Part shown: in pieces, positions 40,078 through 49,669 of the stretch | How the letters are laid out: every line of letters begins with the position of its first letter | How positions within the stretch are numbered: the first letter of the stretch is position 1 | Assembly: GCA_021648265.1 (NCBI GenBank) | Contig: JAKITD010000005.1 | Location: 740-64,739, forward strand | Direction of reading: 5' to 3' | DNA: 64,000 nt | Source: Flavobacteriaceae bacterium | GTDB taxonomy: Bacteria; Bacteroidota; Bacteroidia; Flavobacteriales; Flavobacteriaceae | Program-made: the position numbers and the translations under genes | The notes under the pieces: generated by a model | Database searches by the model: none | Seen by the model: the letters and a program-made list of their open reading frames with translations, nothing else | What the model was told of the DNA's origin: nothing

Positions 40078-40989
40078 ATGAAACTTTTAAAACCTTTATT
40101 GTATTTCTCTCTATTTCAGTATCCACTTACTGAAGAGGAAATTTATACTTTTTCTGAAACCACTTCCAAAGAGCAAATAAACGCATCCTTAGAAAAATTG
40201 GTTAGAGAAAAAGTGATTTTTAAAATTGATGAATTCTATCTTTTTGAAGATGATAAGTCCTTGGTAAAAAGAAGACTTTCTGGAAACCAAATGGCAAAAG
40301 ATATACAAGATAAAGCTGATAAGGTTTCAAAATTTATTTCAAAATTTCCTTATGTGGAAGGAGTTGGAATTTCAGGTTCGCTATCAAAAGGATATTATGA
40401 TGATGATGATGGCGATATCGATTTCTTCATTATTACTTCACCCAAAAGATTGTGGATTGCCAGAACATTTCTCATTCTTTATAAAAAAATATTCTTACTG
40501 AATTCCAAAAAATATTTCTGTGTCAATTACTTTATCAGTACCAATTCATTAGAAATTGAAGAAAAAAATCGTTTCACAGCAACTGAACTTACAACAATGT
40601 TACCAATGTATGGCAACGGAAGTTTTCATGACTTTTACGAACAGAATAAATGGGTAAATTCCTTCTTGCCAAATAAAACTATTGCTGAAGGATTATCAAA
40701 ACTGAATCCTGTTGAAAAACCAATTCTATCTAAAGCTATTGAAGGTGTTTTAGATACTAAATTAGGTGATTGGCTGGATTCATTATTCTTGAAAATCACT
40801 TATAAAAAATGGAAAATAAAGTTTAATAAATTAGAAGACAAACATTTTAATGTAGCTTTAAAATCTACCCAGAATGTTTCCAAACATCATCCTTTAAATT
40901 TTCAAAAAAAAGTAATCGAACGCCTTAACGGGAAGTATGACGAGTTACAAGAAAAACACAATATATATTTAGAAAAAGAGCATGCTTGA
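40078..40989 (+). CDS. Pol-beta-superfamily nucleotidyltransferase-domain protein with N-terminal helical/wHTH-like region
   Basis: GISGSLS...GDIDFFII (GS/DxD motif), FCVNY, C-terminal KHHP. Confidence 0.75.
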   Translation: MKLLKPLLYFSLFQYPLTEEEIYTFSETTSKEQINASLEKLVREKVIFKIDEFYLFEDDKSLVKRRLSGNQMAKDIQDKADKVSKFISKFPYVEGVGISGSLSKGYYDDDDGDIDFFIITSPKRLWIARTFLILYKKIFLLNSKKYFCVNYFISTNSLEIEEKNRFTATELTTMLPMYGNGSFHDFYEQNKWVNSFLPNKTIAEGLSKLNPVEKPILSKAIEGVLDTKLGDWLDSLFLKITYKKWKIKFNKLEDKHFNVALKSTQNVSKHHPLNFQKKVIERLNGKYDELQEKHNIYLEKEHA

Positions 40990-42442
40990 TATTCTTTTTT
41001 CGCATTCGTATTATTACCCATTAGATAAAAAACAATGGGAAAACAAAACGCCTTATCCGCCATTGGGAACCATTTATGCAGCTTCATTAATGCGTAAAAA
41101 CGGATATTCGGTATCCTTATTTGACACCAATTTACGAAGTAGTTCTTTCGAAATTGAAATTGAAATACAAGAACAAAAACCTTCCTTTTTGGTCATTTAT
41201 GATGATGGCTTTAACTACCTCACCAAAATGTGTTTAACAAATATGCGGGAGGCTGCTTTTGAAATGATTTCCATCGGAAAAAAATACAATTGTACGGTCA
41301 TTGTAAATAGCTCAGACAGTACCGATCATTATCAAAAATACTTAGATTCTGGCGCTGATTTTATCATTCTCGGAGAAGGAGAATTGACTTTAAAAGAATT
41401 GGTTTTTAAAATAAAAAACAACGAATCTACAACAGATTTAAAGGGAATTGTTTATAAAAATAATACTGAATTTATCACCACTCCAAAACGAGAAGTTTTA
41501 AGAGATCTGGACGAATTACCAATGCCTGCTTGGGATTTGGTCGATGTTGACGCTTATAAAAAAGTTTGGGCAGAACGCAATAAAAAATTCACGTTGAATA
41601 TGGCAACAACACGAGGTTGTCCATATAAATGTAATTGGTGCGCCAAGCCAATTTATGGGGTTCGGTATAACTCGCATTCACCAGCATATATCACCAAACA
41701 CATTTCCTATTTAAAAGAAAATTATGGCGTTACCAACTTTTGGATGTGTGATGATATTTTTGGGTTGAAACCAAATTGGGTTCAGAATTTTAATTTAGAA
41801 TTGAAAAAAGCTGACTTAACGATTGAGTATATAATTCAAAGTCGGGTAGATTTATTATTAAAAGAAGATACTATTGATGCCTTGGCAGAAAGCGGATTAA
41901 AAGAAGTTTGGGTAGGTGCCGAAAGTGGATCGCAAAAGATTTTGGATGCGATGGATAAAGGAACACAGCTTTCACAAATCTATGATGCCACTCGATTATT
42001 AAAACAAAAAAACATACAAGTTGCCTTTTTTATTCAGTTTGGTTATTTGGGTGAAACCAAAGAAGATATTGCCAAAACTATTTCAATGATAAAAGAACTG
42101 CAACCCGATAATATTGGCATTTCGGTTTCGTATCCTTTACCAGGAACCAAGTTTTACGAAATGGTAAAAGATGATTTTAAAGGAAAAGTAAATTGGACAG
42201 ATTCCGATGATTTGGCGATGATGTTTCAAGGGACATTCAATTCAGAATATTATAAAAAACTACATCGCTATGTCCATAAAGAATATAGAAAGAGTCAAGC
42301 AATAGCTAATTATAAACAGTTTTTTAAGAATCCGTTGTCAATTTCAGGAAGTAAATTACGATTGATGCTTTTGTATTTTTATTATATGCCTAGTTCGATG
42401 ATGGATCGAGTGATTTTGAATAAAATGGAACATAAAACTTAA
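40982..42442 (+). CDS. B12-binding radical SAM enzyme (1)
   Basis: PYPPLGTIYAA cobalamin-binding N-terminus, RGCPYKCNWC, DD.F, GAESGSQ.ILD.M.KG. Confidence 0.92.
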   Translation: MLDILFSHSYYYPLDKKQWENKTPYPPLGTIYAASLMRKNGYSVSLFDTNLRSSSFEIEIEIQEQKPSFLVIYDDGFNYLTKMCLTNMREAAFEMISIGKKYNCTVIVNSSDSTDHYQKYLDSGADFIILGEGELTLKELVFKIKNNESTTDLKGIVYKNNTEFITTPKREVLRDLDELPMPAWDLVDVDAYKKVWAERNKKFTLNMATTRGCPYKCNWCAKPIYGVRYNSHSPAYITKHISYLKENYGVTNFWMCDDIFGLKPNWVQNFNLELKKADLTIEYIIQSRVDLLLKEDTIDALAESGLKEVWVGAESGSQKILDAMDKGTQLSQIYDATRLLKQKNIQVAFFIQFGYLGETKEDIAKTISMIKELQPDNIGISVSYPLPGTKFYEMVKDDFKGKVNWTDSDDLAMMFQGTFNSEYYKKLHRYVHKEYRKSQAIANYKQFFKNPLSISGSKLRLMLLYFYYMPSSMMDRVILNKMEHKT

Positions 42443-42898
42443 CCACAAAGAACACCAAGAAGGCACAAAGAGCACAGAGAATTATGACTGAAAATGAAAT
42501 AGCAAAAAAGGTAATTGGATTAGCAATAGAGGTACATAAAGCACTTGGTCTTGGGTTGTTAGAAAGTGCTTATCAAGAATGCCTATTTTACAAAATTAAA
42601 AAAGAAGGTTTAATAGTAATAAAAGAAAAACCAATGCCTTTGGTTTTTGAAGAAGTGAAACTTGATTGTGGTTATAGAATTGACCTGTTAATAGAAAACA
42701 AGTTAGTCATAGAATTAAAAAGTGTTGAAACTTTAAATGATATTCATATGGCTCAAACTCTTACTTATATGAAATTAGGTAATTATAAGCTTGGATTGCT
42801 AATAAATTTTAATGTAACACTTTTAAAACACGGTATAAAACGAATCATAAATGGCTCTTTGTGAGCTTTGTGAAAAACTCTGTGCCGTTTGTGGTTAA
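42439..42898 (+). mobile_element. GxxExxY nuclease cassette with TTAA ends, 11-bp terminal inverted repeats and inverted CACA(A/G)AG arrays
   Basis: ttaaccacaaa (42439-42449) / tttgtggttaa (42888-42898); four repeat units per side; sits exactly between a stop and a start codon. Confidence 0.65.
42484..42864 (+). CDS. GxxExxY protein (PD-(D/E)XK nuclease fold)
   Basis: GLLESAY, RIDL..VIELKS, AQTLTY, GLLINF. Confidence 0.92.
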   Translation: MTENEIAKKVIGLAIEVHKALGLGLLESAYQECLFYKIKKEGLIVIKEKPMPLVFEEVKLDCGYRIDLLIENKLVIELKSVETLNDIHMAQTLTYMKLGNYKLGLLINFNVTLLKHGIKRIINGSL

Positions 42899-42903
42899 AT
42901 AAT

Positions 42904-43686
42904 ATGTCTGAAAATTTCGATAAACACGCAAATAACTACGATGCTGTTTTTACCTATTCAGAAATAGGAAAAGCACAACGCAGTCGTGTCTATCATTTTC
43001 TAAATAAACACTTACTTTCAGAAAAAAACCTTTCAATTTTAGAGCTTAATTGCGGGACGGGAGAAGATGCTAATTATCTTTCTAAGCTAGGACATACAGT
43101 TTTAGCTACCGATATTTCTTCTGAAATGATAAACGTTGCTAGAGCAAAACACCAACATAAAAACTTGAAGTTTCAAGAATTGGATATTACTAAAATTACT
43201 TCAGAAACTTTTACTGAAAAATTCGATTTGATATTCTCCAACTTTGGAGGTTTTAACTGTTTATCTAAAAATGAGATTGCTAACTTTTTTTCTGTTTCTG
43301 AAAACTTATTAAATCCTTTAGGGAAAATAGCATTGGTAATTATGCCAAAACATTGTTTGTTGGAACAGTTTTACTTTTCCATAAAAGGAGATTTCAAAAA
43401 AGCAAAAAGACGTAACACCAACGAATTTGTGTATGCAAATGTAGAAGGCGTGCAAGTGCCGACTTGGTATTATAATCCGGAAGAATTGGTATCTTTAGCT
43501 TCTAATAATTACAAAACAATAGTAACAAAACCTATTGGGATTGCGATTCCTCCTTCTTATTTGGAGCCTTTTTTTAGAAATAAAAAGTGGTGGTTAAATT
43601 TATTAATTTGGAAAGAAAAATGGTTGTCAAATAGTTTTTGGGCTAAATATGCGGATCATTTTTTGATTATCTTTCAGAAAACATGA
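42904..43686 (+). CDS. Class I SAM-dependent methyltransferase (1)
   Basis: LELNCGTGED, TDIS, FDLIFSNFGGFN; start MSENF at 42904. Confidence 0.88.
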   Translation: MSENFDKHANNYDAVFTYSEIGKAQRSRVYHFLNKHLLSEKNLSILELNCGTGEDANYLSKLGHTVLATDISSEMINVARAKHQHKNLKFQELDITKITSETFTEKFDLIFSNFGGFNCLSKNEIANFFSVSENLLNPLGKIALVIMPKHCLLEQFYFSIKGDFKKAKRRNTNEFVYANVEGVQVPTWYYNPEELVSLASNNYKTIVTKPIGIAIPPSYLEPFFRNKKWWLNLLIWKEKWLSNSFWAKYADHFLIIFQKT

Positions 43687-43787
43687 GTATCCTGCAAGGT
43701 CTTGAATACCTTGTAGGTATAATAAAATATAAAATAATAAAACCTGTAAGGTTTCTAAAACCTATTTCAAAATAAATAAATGAGTAT
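43683..43787. repeat. REP doublet bounded by an 8-bp direct repeat (atgagtat)
   Basis: atgagtat at 43683-43690 and 43780-43787; cctgcaaggt-cttgaat-accttgtagg at 43691-43717; degraded copy at 43741-43763. Confidence 0.75.
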
Positions 43788-45156
43788 AATTTTAACCCAC
43801 GCATATTATTTACACGAAGATCCGTTAGAGGCAAAAATAATGAAGCCTTATGCTCCGCTGGGATTATTATACATTTCGGGATATTTAAACGAGCAAAAAA
43901 TAGTGAACCATTTGTTTGATGCTACTTTTTCAAACCAAGAAAAACAATTGGATTTTATTGCTTCAAAAAAACCAAAAGCAGTTGCTATTTACACCAATTT
44001 GATGACCAAAATAAACGTCATTAAGTTGATTAAAATATTAATTTCTGAAAAAAAATATGGCTTTCCAAAAGTAATTATTGGAGGTCCAGATATTACTTTT
44101 AACCTTGAAAATTATCTAAAAACGGGGGTTCATTATTTAGTGATTGGTGAAGGAGAACAAACAATGACCGAGCTATATAATGCAATTGTTGATACTACTG
44201 AAATATCGGAAGTTTCAGGAATTGCCTATTTAAAAAATGGCGAGGTTGTAAAAACTGCTCCTCGCAAAAAAATAAAAGATTTAAGTACGTTACCTTTACC
44301 TAATCGTGAAGGAATTGCCATCAAAAAATATTTGGAAACCTGGAAAACGCATCACGGAAAAAGTTCGATGACCATTAGTACACAGCGAGGTTGTCCTTAT
44401 ACTTGCAAATGGTGTAGCACGGCAGTTTATGGGCAAAGTTATCGCAGAAGACCTGCAAAATTGGTGGTTGAAGAAATGGCGATGCTTCAAAAAAAATACA
44501 ACCCAGATAGTATTTGGTTTGTGGACGATGTTTTTACGGTGAGCCATAAATGGATTCGGGAATTTCACGAAGAAACACAGCTTCAGAAAGTAAAAATTCC
44601 GTTTGAGTGTATCACGAGAGCCGAACGATTAAATGACGAAATTCTTCAGCTTTTAAAAGAGGCAGGATGTTTTAGAATTTGGATTGGTGCAGAAAGTGGT
44701 TCGCAAAAAATCATCGATAAAATGGATAGACGTGTTGATGTAAATGTGGTAAAAGATGCTATAATTAAAACCAATGCTTTAGGAATTGAAACAGGAACTT
44801 TCATTATGTTAGGCTATCCTGGAGAAGATGAAAATGATATTAACGAAACGATTTCCTATTTAAAAAAGGCAAATCCTACTTATTATACTATTACGATTGC
44901 TTACCCGATTAAAGGAACTTCCTTATATTCGGAAATTGAAAAAGATATTATCGTACAACCTAATTGGGAAACCTCTACCGATCGAGAAATAGATTTTAAG
45001 AGGACTTATTCGAGAAAATATTATGATTATGCGGTACGAAGAGTGGTAAATGAGGTGGAAGCTTATAAATCAAGTTCGATTCCTGAAAAAATAAAACTTA
45101 AAACTAAAAGTATTGTATTCTTCTTATTTATGAAATTTTTTAAAATTGTTTTCTAA
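43780..45156 (+). CDS. B12-binding radical SAM enzyme (2), paralog of 40982
   Basis: PYAPLGLLYIS, GGP, RGCPYTCKWC, FVDDVF, GAESGSQ. Confidence 0.92.
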   Translation: MSIILTHAYYLHEDPLEAKIMKPYAPLGLLYISGYLNEQKIVNHLFDATFSNQEKQLDFIASKKPKAVAIYTNLMTKINVIKLIKILISEKKYGFPKVIIGGPDITFNLENYLKTGVHYLVIGEGEQTMTELYNAIVDTTEISEVSGIAYLKNGEVVKTAPRKKIKDLSTLPLPNREGIAIKKYLETWKTHHGKSSMTISTQRGCPYTCKWCSTAVYGQSYRRRPAKLVVEEMAMLQKKYNPDSIWFVDDVFTVSHKWIREFHEETQLQKVKIPFECITRAERLNDEILQLLKEAGCFRIWIGAESGSQKIIDKMDRRVDVNVVKDAIIKTNALGIETGTFIMLGYPGEDENDINETISYLKKANPTYYTITIAYPIKGTSLYSEIEKDIIVQPNWETSTDREIDFKRTYSRKYYDYAVRRVVNEVEAYKSSSIPEKIKLKTKSIVFFLFMKFFKIVF

Positions 45157-45157
45157 A

Positions 45158-45904
45158 ATGAAACAAAAACCAAACAACATAAATGGAGTTTTGTACTTAA
45201 CAGAAAAGAGAACCTTTTTTTCTGCTAACTATATTTCGGTAAGAGAAAAAGAAGGTAGAATCTTGAGTGACCAAGAAGTTTATAATCTTCCAAACCCTTT
45301 AAAGAGCAATAAAAACTTTAAGGAATGGCAACTCCGAAAAAAGTCAAGTAATCGTTTTGTTTCGTATTTAAAAAACAAAGATAAACCTTTAAATATATTG
45401 GACATTGGTAGCGGAAATGGATGGTTTTCTAACGCCTTAGCTATTATTGAAAAAACAACAGTAGACGCTATAGATATTAATACAGAAGAATTAGAACAAG
45501 CGGCACGGGTTTTTAATAAAGAAAACTTATCTTTTATTTATGTTGATATTTTTGAGTCTTTACCTGCTTTCAAAAACAAATATGACATCATTACATTAAA
45601 TGCAAGTATTCAATATTTCGACAACTTAGAAAAGCTTCTAAAAACTTTAAAATCCTTTTTAAAACCAAATGGAGAAATTCATATATTAGACAGTCCTTTT
45701 TATCAGGATTCGGAAATTGAGGCAGCTAAAAAAAGAACAAAAGATTATTATAAAAAACTAGGTGCTTCGGGTATGGACACCTATTATTTTCATCACTCAG
45801 ATTCTATATTAAAAAAATCAACGATATTATATTCCCCTAAAAGAGGTGTTTTTAAGAAATTATTTTTTTTGAAAGACATTCCGTTTTATTGGGTGAAATT
45901 TTGA
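45158..45904 (+). CDS. Class I SAM-dependent methyltransferase (2)
   Basis: LDIGSGNGW, AIDIN, YDIITLNASIQY; start MKQKP at 45158. Confidence 0.88.
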   Translation: MKQKPNNINGVLYLTEKRTFFSANYISVREKEGRILSDQEVYNLPNPLKSNKNFKEWQLRKKSSNRFVSYLKNKDKPLNILDIGSGNGWFSNALAIIEKTTVDAIDINTEELEQAARVFNKENLSFIYVDIFESLPAFKNKYDIITLNASIQYFDNLEKLLKTLKSFLKPNGEIHILDSPFYQDSEIEAAKKRTKDYYKKLGASGMDTYYFHHSDSILKKSTILYSPKRGVFKKLFFLKDIPFYWVKF

Positions 45905-45917
45905 TTAAAAATAGCCT

Positions 45918-47603
45918 ATGATAAAACTTGCTTTATCCATATTACCTTCTGTAAAAAAAAGAAAATTATTTTCTTTTTTTTACAAGACTATATTTTTAAA
46001 TATTCTAGATTTAATTTCAGTAGCATACCTTATTCCTGCTATAATTCTTCTTTTGGATAAAGAAAAGCTATATGCTATCATCAATAAAATTGGGATTGAT
46101 TCAAGCTATATAAAGGACGAAAACATCAAACTATTTATAGCTTTACTTTTACTATTTTATATTCTAAAAAACTTAATACAGGTTAAATTCAATAAAAACT
46201 TGTTTGACTTTTTATACCAGTTATCAAGTGATATGTCAGAAAAAATAATTCAAAATTTTCTCTCGAAAGATTATCTTTCTTATCAAAAAAAAGAAAAAGG
46301 AAAAATGATAAATATCGTGCTAATGGCAACTAATGATTTTTGTTGTAAATATTTACACGCCTACGTACTTTTATTTTCCGAAGTTTTTATTTTAACTATA
46401 ATCTCTTGTGTTCTTTTTTATTTCTATCCTTTTCTTACTCTTGGCTCTTTGTTGGTGTTAATTTGTTTTAGTGGCTTTATTTATTACAAAAAAAAGTCTG
46501 ACTTTAAACTCATAGATTCTACATTTAAAACCGCTCAATCTTCTACAAACTCAAAATTAATTAATATTTTGGAAGGTTATTTAGAGATAAAAAGTTCACA
46601 AAACGAAAATCATTTTATCGATACTTTTAATACAGATAATAAAAAATTAAATAGGGTTACTTCAAAATTAGTAAGCACTAATTTTAACTATTCAAAATAC
46701 TTAGAATTAACACTAATTATATGCTTGGGTGTTGTCATCTACTTTAATTTGAAATTTCCCCAAAACAATGTATTATTAATTGCAACTCTTGGGGCTTTAG
46801 GCTTTAGGCTTATTCCTTCATTAAGTAAAATATTAACTGCAACTACTAATATAAAAACCCATTCCTATACGATAAAATTACTTCATGACATTCTCAATGA
46901 AACAATACAGAAAAAAACAAATACGATAACACGTTTTTCCTCTGAAATAATAATAGATAAGGTCTCTTTTGAATATCAAAAAAACAATATAATTGTAGAG
47001 GATATTGAATTCTCAATAAAACGAGGTGATTTTTTTGGGATTTCTGGGGTTTCAGGAATTGGAAAGACAACGCTTTTACACCTTATTATAGGATTAATAA
47101 AACCTACTAAAGGACAGATTATTATTGACAATAAACAAATGAAAAACACCAGTTTTCTTTCCTTTATAAAATATGTTCCTCAACAACCCTATCTTTTAAA
47201 TTGTACTTTATTAGAAAACTTAACCATGTATAGTACAGACAAAAATATTGACTATGAGTATTTAAATTATTTATGTAATCGGCTTGATTTAAGCTCTATG
47301 ATTGAAGGACTAAAAGATAATTACAATACCGTAATACAACATGATAGCCTTCGGTTTTCTGGAGGACAGAAACAACGTATTTCTTTAGTTAGAGCATTAT
47401 ATGGAAAACCTGATTTGTTGATTTTAGACGAAGCGACCAATCAACAAAACAAACAATTAGAAATTCAAATTTTCGACTTTTTAAAAGAGCTATCTTCTAA
47501 AAACAAAATGGCTGTTATTGCCGTTTCTCATAACGAATCATTGTCTTCATATTATGATAAATCTTATATTTTAAAAAATAAAAAACTACTATTTATTGTC
47601 TAA
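45918..47603 (+). CDS. ABC exporter (fused TMD-NBD), PglK/MsbA-like
   Basis: N-terminal TM helices, GVSGIGKT, FSGGQKQR, LILDEAT. Confidence 0.88.
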   Translation: MIKLALSILPSVKKRKLFSFFYKTIFLNILDLISVAYLIPAIILLLDKEKLYAIINKIGIDSSYIKDENIKLFIALLLLFYILKNLIQVKFNKNLFDFLYQLSSDMSEKIIQNFLSKDYLSYQKKEKGKMINIVLMATNDFCCKYLHAYVLLFSEVFILTIISCVLFYFYPFLTLGSLLVLICFSGFIYYKKKSDFKLIDSTFKTAQSSTNSKLINILEGYLEIKSSQNENHFIDTFNTDNKKLNRVTSKLVSTNFNYSKYLELTLIICLGVVIYFNLKFPQNNVLLIATLGALGFRLIPSLSKILTATTNIKTHSYTIKLLHDILNETIQKKTNTITRFSSEIIIDKVSFEYQKNNIIVEDIEFSIKRGDFFGISGVSGIGKTTLLHLIIGLIKPTKGQIIIDNKQMKNTSFLSFIKYVPQQPYLLNCTLLENLTMYSTDKNIDYEYLNYLCNRLDLSSMIEGLKDNYNTVIQHDSLRFSGGQKQRISLVRALYGKPDLLILDEATNQQNKQLEIQIFDFLKELSSKNKMAVIAVSHNESLSSYYDKSYILKNKKLLFIV

Positions 47604-48651
47604 AAAAAGTCTCATATTCATCCTCCCAGCTTTTCCTTCTCCAGATGAGTCGGATAGTTTTATGGTCCCTTTTATTCAACAATTTATTGTTGGTTTTAAA
47701 GATAATTATCCAAATACTACCCTAATTATATACACTTTATACAGTCCAGAAAGCAATCCCTATTTATGGAGGAATATCCAAGTTATTCCATTAAATTTTA
47801 AAAAAGGAAAATCTTTCTTAAAGCTGTTTTATTTAACAAATTCAATCCTAAAAATTTCAAAAAAAATAAAAAAAAACAATGTTGTTGGGATTTTAAGTTT
47901 TTGGCACACAGAAACAGCAATGATTGGAAACATTGTTGGTTTTTTAAAATCCATAAAACAGTATACTTGGCTTCAAGGGCAGGATGTAAAAAGGTCAAAT
48001 AAATATATGCTCTTTTTCCCTCCTAATCCAAACAAGTTAATTGCTCTTTCTAATTTTCAGAATGAGTATTTATATAAAGAATTTGGGTTTTACGCTTCGA
48101 AAGTAAATACTATTAGCGTAAACAGTTCTTTTTTTCCTGAACTAAACACTTCTTCAAGAACCATCGATATTATAGGTATTGGTTCATTTATTCCGCTCAA
48201 AAATTTTCAGTTATTTTTGAATGTTATTTTAAAACTTAAAAAAAAGAATCCTAAAATTCGAGTTGTAATAGTAGGCAATGGTCCTTTAGAAAGTAAATTA
48301 AAAACTTTTTGCATTTCAAATAAATTAGAAAAAAATGTAACTTTTACTGGATTAATATCACATAAACAGTCTTTAGATTATATAAATAATTCTAAAATAT
48401 TACTACATACTTCTAATTTTGAAGGAGGAGGGGCAGTTGTTCATGAGGCTTTGTATTTAGGATGTCAAGTTATTGGTAGAATTCCTATAATAGAACAACG
48501 CAATGCCTCATTTTATTGTTGTAATTCTTTAGATGAGATCACTCATAAAGCTACTGAATTACTTCAAAACCCTAAACCTATAAAATCGTTTGTAGCTTAT
48601 GACATGAAGCAATCTACAAAAACTATTTACAACCTGTTTTCAGAATTTTAA
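47596..48651 (+). CDS. Glycosyltransferase family 4 (GT-B)
   Basis: IVGNGPL, FTGLISH, SNFEGGG..VHEALYLG. Confidence 0.8.
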   Translation: MSKKSLIFILPAFPSPDESDSFMVPFIQQFIVGFKDNYPNTTLIIYTLYSPESNPYLWRNIQVIPLNFKKGKSFLKLFYLTNSILKISKKIKKNNVVGILSFWHTETAMIGNIVGFLKSIKQYTWLQGQDVKRSNKYMLFFPPNPNKLIALSNFQNEYLYKEFGFYASKVNTISVNSSFFPELNTSSRTIDIIGIGSFIPLKNFQLFLNVILKLKKKNPKIRVVIVGNGPLESKLKTFCISNKLEKNVTFTGLISHKQSLDYINNSKILLHTSNFEGGGAVVHEALYLGCQVIGRIPIIEQRNASFYCCNSLDEITHKATELLQNPKPIKSFVAYDMKQSTKTIYNLFSEF

Positions 48652-49666
48652 TACTTTTATATTTCTTCTGTAACACTAATTTTAAAATAGCGTTTGAAGT
48701 TTTCCATGGCAGAATACGAGGTAATTCAATTAGTCTTACTAAAATATTTTTCTTAAAAGTTAATTGTATTCCCTTTTTTTTATAGTACTCTTTATATTTA
48801 GAAATATATTCCAAAAACAATTTTCGAACATTTTCTAATTTCACAATGCTAGTGCGATCAATATATAATAAGAAAAAAGCAGTTACTAAAACATCTAAAT
48901 GATGATAAACAATAATTTCAGAAAGCGCTAAGGAAGCTTTATTTTGCTCAACAATATCCATCTCGTATTCAAAAATTATATGATGATCTATAATTCTTTT
49001 AGGTTCCACAATTCTTCTAGAAACTGAATCACTTCTAGCGTATATTTTTAATAACGATTTTTCGACAAAGGAAACTTTATTTGATTTTAATAAATAACTC
49101 AGTAAATAAGGTCGATCTTCAAACCATAAACCTTCTGGAAACATTATGGATTTAGCAAGGGCTGCTTTATACAATTTTGCCCAAACTGTAGATGCTATAT
49201 TATGAGTGTACATTCCAATACACGCTTCTGTTTTTAAAATATCTCCTGTAGCATTATATTTAAACCCTTGCGAAGAAATGAACTGGTTATTTGCATCAAT
49301 CAAATCAAATTTACAAATAACAATGTCCGATTTTGCAAGCATCATAGCATCTAACATTGTTTCAACCATTTCAGGAAGTAACACATCATCTGCGTCTAAA
49401 AAAGTAAGGTATCTTCCTTTTGCTACACTTAAACCCTTATTTCTTGCAGCTCCAATATTTTCACTTAAAGAATGTACACATAAAATATTGGAATATTGTT
49501 TTTCAAATTTCTCTGAAATTTCTTTTGATGAATCTGTAGATCCATCATTTACTAAAATAATTTCAATTAAATCATAACTTTGGTCTAGAACAGAATTAAT
49601 AGCTCTTGACAAATATTTTTCTTCATTAAAAAACGGAATAATAATACTAACTAATATTGAATCCAT
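48623..49666 (-). CDS. Glycosyltransferase family 2
   Basis: VSIIIPFFN, VNDGSTD, ARNKGL, FLDADD, WAKLY, FED. Confidence 0.9.
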   Translation of the reverse strand: MDSILVSIIIPFFNEEKYLSRAINSVLDQSYDLIEIILVNDGSTDSSKEISEKFEKQYSNILCVHSLSENIGAARNKGLSVAKGRYLTFLDADDVLLPEMVETMLDAMMLAKSDIVICKFDLIDANNQFISSQGFKYNATGDILKTEACIGMYTHNIASTVWAKLYKAALAKSIMFPEGLWFEDRPYLLSYLLKSNKVSFVEKSLLKIYARSDSVSRRIVEPKRIIDHHIIFEYEMDIVEQNKASLALSEIIVYHHLDVLVTAFFLLYIDRTSIVKLENVRKLFLEYISKYKEYYKKKGIQLTFKKNILVRLIELPRILPWKTSNAILKLVLQKKYKSIKILKTGCK

Positions 49667-49669
49667 CCT

